64,000 nt of DNA. It comes from an uncultured bacterium (GTDB taxonomy: Bacteria > Hydrothermota > Tepidihabitantia > SM23-42 > CAYGYG01). Every line of letters begins with the position of its first letter. Within the stretch, counting starts at the first letter, position 1. Where the stretch lies: assembly GCA_964354155.1 (NCBI GenBank), contig CAYGYG010000001.1, positions 139,121 to 203,120 on the forward strand, given 5' to 3'. The position numbers were made by a program, and so were the translations under genes. This document shows, piece after piece, positions 59,834 through 64,000 of this stretch. A model generated the notes under the pieces. That model searched no databases. It worked only from the letters and a program-made list of their open reading frames with translations, and was not told the origin of the DNA.

Positions 59834-61987
59834 CTATCGCAGAACGAGGAGCTTCTTGGTCACCGACCGCGTGCTCGTCTGTAAGTTGACTCGATAGACG
59901 CCGTTCGGCAGTAAGGCCCCGGCATCGCTTCGGCCGTCCCACACCAGGGTGCGGGCTCTTGGGTCTTGTTTTGAACTCATCAGTGTTCGCACACATCGTC
60001 CGGCAACGTCAAAGATCTTCAGCGAGACGATGTCATTCGGGTCGGCGTTGCCCAGGCTGAACGCGAGCCGCTTGTTCGACTTCGACAACACCGGACAAGG
60101 GGAAATATCTATGTCGAGCAGCTCATCCGATGGGTTGATGACCTCAACCGTGTCCTGTCCGGCGAATCCGGTGCCATCCCGGAGATTGCCCGAGACCGTC
60201 AAGATGGCGAGCCCGGGTTGAAGAATCGATATGACACGCTGCCGGTCGAACTTAGCCATGAAGTCGGGAACACCATTACCATTGTAATCACCAACCCCGC
60301 AGGGCACACGATTGGCACTGACGGCACGGCCTTGATATTCCAGCTTCACAGTATTGATGTCGATACTGTCAACCGGAAGCCCGGCAAGTTCGATGTAGGC
60401 GGTGATGGGTTTGCCCACGCTCTTGAGGTTTATGACATTGGGATCGATATCGATCCGTGCGTTCGTTGTCGAACCGTACTGTACTTTCACTTCGTACAAC
60501 AATGGGAAACGGGTCAGATTGGCATATCCGAACCGTGCCCGGTACTGCAGGAAGCGGGCGTTGAGCTGGGCCGGTATTTCTGAATTGTTCGTGACGGTAA
60601 CCCAGGTGCTCCAACTGGTGTCCGGGATTGGTGTACGGCCGCTTCTCACCGCCATCGTAATGCCGGTTCCGGCCGGCAGGCTATCCAGCCAGGTGATTCG
60701 ACCCCAATCAACGGCCGAGGCAGCGTCGAACACAGAAGACAGATAGTCGTCGCAGTATTCGCGGCTATAGACATTGCCTCCCTCCCGGTACATGCCGTGG
60801 CCGCCGTGGTCACTCGGCAGCGCAAGCCATGAAGTGAAGGATGGGCCCCAGGCGATGTAGCTGGAAGTCCCGTTCCACCGATTGAGAAACATGTCAAGAT
60901 CGCCGTCGGCGTCAAGGTCGGCAAGAAAGGCGCCGCTACAGTCCAGGGTCGGACCGACCTGGCTTCGATTGCTGTCTGAGTAGCCGTTCGCGCTACCCCA
61001 GTAGATCCATGGCATAGTCACCGGGCCGTAACCGGTGAAGAAAAGAATGTCGAGGAACCCATCACCGTTCATGTCGGCCACCGAGCTGCCTCCAAAGCAG
61101 CTACCCGGACTGAGAACGGTGCGATTGCCCGTCGAGTACCCCGATGGGTTACCCCAGTAGATGTGGGCGACTGATGAACCGGCATACGTGCTCAGCACGA
61201 GATCGAGGTATCCATCGCGGTTTAGGTCAGCCACCGAAGACCCGTGGGAAAGGGACGCATAGTAGGGCAGGAGTGTCCGGTCCGCCGACGAAAACCCGGT
61301 GTTTCGTCCCCAGTAGATAGTGTTACTGCCGTTTATTGAAAGGAGCAGTAGGTCAAGCCAGCCGTTCCTATCGAAATCACCAACCTCGGCATTGTGGTCA
61401 CCACCTACGTTAGGTAGTTCCGTACGCCGGCCTTCGGAATACCCGGTGCTGCTGCCCCAGAAGACCGCTGCGGTCGAGCCGGTGTAGGCCTCGGCGACGA
61501 TATCAAGGTGGCCGTCCTTGTTGAAATCGGCAATGGCCATGGCCTCATTCGATCCGTAGTATAAGCCAAACCGAAAATAGTTGAATGGATCAGGTCCAGA
61601 GCTCGTACCCCAGTAAATGGTTAGATAAGGGTAGTTGATCCAGAGCAGGTCGGGAAATCCATCGACATTGAGATCGGCGGCATCGCAGTTCCCGCCGCGG
61701 CTTGCGCCGTATGCGGTGCGGTTGACCGGGTCGTACCCGCTCGCACTGCCCCAGTATACGTAACTGGTTGAGAAGCAGTGCGACATGGCAAGGTCAACAT
61801 ACCCATCGTTATTAAGGTCGAATCGACAAGTAAACTCAACCGCCCCGCCCTGACGGTGCGACGCGTAGATATTGCGTTCGAACGTGCCGTCACGGAAATC
61901 CTGTTGGCTCGTCTCGAGCCACGAGCATTCGGCAGTGGAGCCGGGCGACTGCCCTAAAGCGATTAACCAGATAAGCAGTCCCAGCAT
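59834..61987 (-). CDS. FG-GAP/VCBS-repeat (integrin-alpha-like beta-propeller) protein with T9SS C-terminal domain
   Basis: At least 8 repeats with DxNxDGxxD Ca-binding loops (DLNNDGYVDL, DLNVDGFPDL, DFNKDGHLDI, DFDRNGWLDL, DLNRDGYLDL, DMNGDGFLDI, DLDADGDLDM). T9SS tail ...GVYRVNLQTSTRSVTKKLLVLR. AAGGAGG RBS before the ATG at 61987. Confidence 0.75.
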   Translation of the reverse strand: MLGLLIWLIALGQSPGSTAECSWLETSQQDFRDGTFERNIYASHRQGGAVEFTCRFDLNNDGYVDLAMSHCFSTSYVYWGSASGYDPVNRTAYGASRGGNCDAADLNVDGFPDLLWINYPYLTIYWGTSSGPDPFNYFRFGLYYGSNEAMAIADFNKDGHLDIVAEAYTGSTAAVFWGSSTGYSEGRRTELPNVGGDHNAEVGDFDRNGWLDLLLLSINGSNTIYWGRNTGFSSADRTLLPYYASLSHGSSVADLNRDGYLDLVLSTYAGSSVAHIYWGNPSGYSTGNRTVLSPGSCFGGSSVADMNGDGFLDILFFTGYGPVTMPWIYWGSANGYSDSNRSQVGPTLDCSGAFLADLDADGDLDMFLNRWNGTSSYIAWGPSFTSWLALPSDHGGHGMYREGGNVYSREYCDDYLSSVFDAASAVDWGRITWLDSLPAGTGITMAVRSGRTPIPDTSWSTWVTVTNNSEIPAQLNARFLQYRARFGYANLTRFPLLYEVKVQYGSTTNARIDIDPNVINLKSVGKPITAYIELAGLPVDSIDINTVKLEYQGRAVSANRVPCGVGDYNGNGVPDFMAKFDRQRVISILQPGLAILTVSGNLRDGTGFAGQDTVEVINPSDELLDIDISPCPVLSKSNKRLAFSLGNADPNDIVSLKIFDVAGRCVRTLMSSKQDPRARTLVWDGRSDAGALLPNGVYRVNLQTSTRSVTKKLLVLR

Positions 61988-62173
61988 AATGTCCTCCTTT
62001 GTCAAGAAACATCGCACAACTCATTACACACCCTGACGCGAACTGAATCGATTTATTCGAAGATAGTATACCTGAATGCCCCGGCATGTCAAGCCTTTTT
62101 TTTGGGTACGGCGCGATGGGTTTCAGCTTGACTTTGCTGGGGTGTCCGCTATAATCTACCAGAAGGAGGAACA

Positions 62174-63775
62174 ATGAAACTAGCTGTCGTTGTTGTTCTG
62201 TCATGCGCGTTGGCTTTCAGCCAGATTGGATTTACCAACCATCGGGTTAACAAGGATGCCACGGCCGAAGTTCAGAATGAACAGCAGATCATGGTCAATC
62301 CCGCCGATTCTGCCAACTTCGTCGCGGTCTGGCGCGACTTCCGGGTCGGGTACCGCCAGGTCGGACACGCCGCGAGCTTTGACCGCGGTCAGACCTGGGT
62401 GGCGGAAACCCTGTTTGTTGAACCGACCTACAACTGGGATTCAGATCCGGGGTTGACGGTTGACGCCAATGGCAATTTCTTCGCCATCATTCTCTCTTTC
62501 AATTCTACGTCCGAGCCCGACGGTTACTTTGTCTTTGAATCGACGGACAAAGGCCGGACCTGGAGCGCGCCGCGCACCGTCATCAATCAGGTGCCGGGCG
62601 TTTTTGAGGATAAGGAGCTGATGACCTGTGACCGGACAGCAAGCCCTTACCGGGGTAACCTCTACGTGACCTGGGCGAGGTTCTACGCGATCGACATCAT
62701 GAACACACGGTCGACGAACCGCGGCTTCAACTGGTCAACACCGGTCCCGGTAAGCGATGCTTCCTCAAGTTACCAGTGGCCGGTTCCGGCGGTCGGCCCA
62801 TCCGGCGATCTCTACATCGCCTGGTGCGCTTCTAACGCGATAAGATTCGACCGGTCGACCGATGGCGGGCTTACCTTCGGAACCGACCGCACCATCCAGA
62901 GCATCTCCTCAATGTCACGAAACCTCAAGGGCGGGCTGATTGCGACCTATTCCTACCCCGCAATGGATGTCGACATCACCGGTGGACCGTACAACGGCAG
63001 CATTTACGTTGCGTTCATGGACAATGGCCCGGACGGGTTCCCGGACATGTACGTAACGAAATCAACCGACCGGGGCCAAACCTGGAGTGCCCGGCGCCGT
63101 ATCAACGACGACCCGCTAAATAACCGCATCGATCAATTCCATCCCTGGCTTACCGTCGACCGGACCGGATGCATATCGGTCATCTTCTACGATTCGCGGC
63201 TTGATCCCAATAACATGCTCTGCGACGTCTATATGGTCCAGTCGACCGACGGCGGCAGCACGTGGTCGAATAACATCAGGGTCACCACGGTTTCGTCCGA
63301 TCTCCGTTTGAAGGGGAAGGTGCTCGAACCGCCGGACCCGGGCAAACCCCTGGCCGGCATGTTTGCCGGTCACATCGGTGAATACAATGGAGTGGCCGCT
63401 TCATCACGGTTCAACGTCGTGCCGATCTGGACCGACACGCGCAACGGCAATCAGGATACCTATGTCGGGGTTTTCCATTATTCGGGGATCGAAGCGATTG
63501 CCGGCGCGGGCGGCGGCGCACGGTTTTCGTTCAAACCGAATCCGGTCCGGGATCGTCTCAAGATTGAGCTCTCGGTTGAACAAGCGGGGCATTATGAGAT
63601 TTGTATCTATGACGGGCTCGGGCGGAGGATGCAAGAGGTGTTCGACGGGGCTTTGCTCCCGGGCCGTCACCGCCTGGCATCCGGGGGGCTCAGCGAATTG
63701 CCGCCTGGCGTATATTTTATCGAGATGAAAAGCTCTTGCAGCAGGGACTGCCAGAAGCTTGTTAAGCAGCGATGA
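62174..63775 (+). CDS. BNR-repeat (sialidase-like beta-propeller) protein with T9SS C-terminal domain
   Basis: Canonical BNR motifs SFDRGQTW, STDKGRTWS, STNRGFNWS, STDGGLTFG, STDRGQTWS, STDGGSTWS. Signal peptide. T9SS tail ...GVYFIEMKSSCSRDCQKLVKQR. Confidence 0.8.
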   Translation: MKLAVVVVLSCALAFSQIGFTNHRVNKDATAEVQNEQQIMVNPADSANFVAVWRDFRVGYRQVGHAASFDRGQTWVAETLFVEPTYNWDSDPGLTVDANGNFFAIILSFNSTSEPDGYFVFESTDKGRTWSAPRTVINQVPGVFEDKELMTCDRTASPYRGNLYVTWARFYAIDIMNTRSTNRGFNWSTPVPVSDASSSYQWPVPAVGPSGDLYIAWCASNAIRFDRSTDGGLTFGTDRTIQSISSMSRNLKGGLIATYSYPAMDVDITGGPYNGSIYVAFMDNGPDGFPDMYVTKSTDRGQTWSARRRINDDPLNNRIDQFHPWLTVDRTGCISVIFYDSRLDPNNMLCDVYMVQSTDGGSTWSNNIRVTTVSSDLRLKGKVLEPPDPGKPLAGMFAGHIGEYNGVAASSRFNVVPIWTDTRNGNQDTYVGVFHYSGIEAIAGAGGGARFSFKPNPVRDRLKIELSVEQAGHYEICIYDGLGRRMQEVFDGALLPGRHRLASGGLSELPPGVYFIEMKSSCSRDCQKLVKQR

Positions 63776-63834
63776 CAGATGTGACTTGGGGGTCCGGACC
63801 GAGCGTGGGCCGCAATCCGCGACCCGGTTCATGC

Positions 63835-64000
63835 TACTTCTTCAAGACTAAGATGAGGAGTAGTACAACCATCACAAAGACGGAGCTGGTAATGATCATG
63901 AGGAAGAGCCGGATAAGACTCCGGTTCTTCTTCATGTCGTTGTCGTGTCCCATCACATAATTGATGAGGAAGTTTTCCAGGCGCGAGATCGCGGTCTTGG
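63835..64000 (-). CDS. C-terminal end of a hypothetical protein with a terminal TM helix (partial; start beyond window end)
   Basis: The minus-strand frame ending at the TAG at 63837-63835 reads ...NFLINYVMGHDNDMKKNRSLIRLFLMIITSSVFVMVVLLLILVLKK*. Confidence 0.35.

Overview
The window is a GC-rich bacterial chromosomal segment with dense coding on both strands. It carries no rRNA genes, CRISPR arrays or obvious insertion elements. Nine predicted proteins end in a type-A C-terminal sorting domain of the type IX secretion system (T9SS), a roughly 80-residue beta-sandwich tail ending in a basic residue (K/R). That points to an organism of the Bacteroidota/FCB group, possibly an uncultured candidate phylum.

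Ordinary content:
- A partial GlcD-like FAD oxidase gene.
- fabD, sppA and a GH57 alpha-glucan branching enzyme.
- uppP and a UbiA-family prenyltransferase.
- A BamA/TamA-like Omp85 protein.
- selA and selB.
- tRNA-Met(CAT) and tRNA-Ala(GGC).
- A glycosylation cluster (GT2, GT39-like, GDP-fucose synthase, methyltransferase, HAD hydrolase).

Accessory or unusual content:
1. A tandem array at 35.2-42.7 kb of four paralogous BNR/sialidase-like T9SS cargo genes plus a decayed 5' fragment. The array shows mosaic gene-conversion tracts, and one copy is interrupted by a single in-frame TGA.
2. Two twin-arginine (Tat) signal DUF362 proteins. One sits in an operon with a NapH-like membrane polyferredoxin and a 1304-residue beta-propeller/outer-membrane-like protein. 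The other unusually combines a Tat signal with a T9SS tail and sits beside a gingipain-like C25 peptidase.
3. A translationally coupled operon of four integral membrane proteins of unknown function at 8.6-11.9 kb, flanked by repeat-rich non-coding DNA.
4. A 300-nt leader made of consecutive stem-loops between two DUF4139-family paralogs.
5. Recurring ACGTT arrays and ATGTCCCC/GGGGACAT motifs in promoter-proximal regions.
6. An HNH nuclease embedded in an envelope-biogenesis operon.

All calls come from reading the six-frame translations and the raw sequence. No database search was run.
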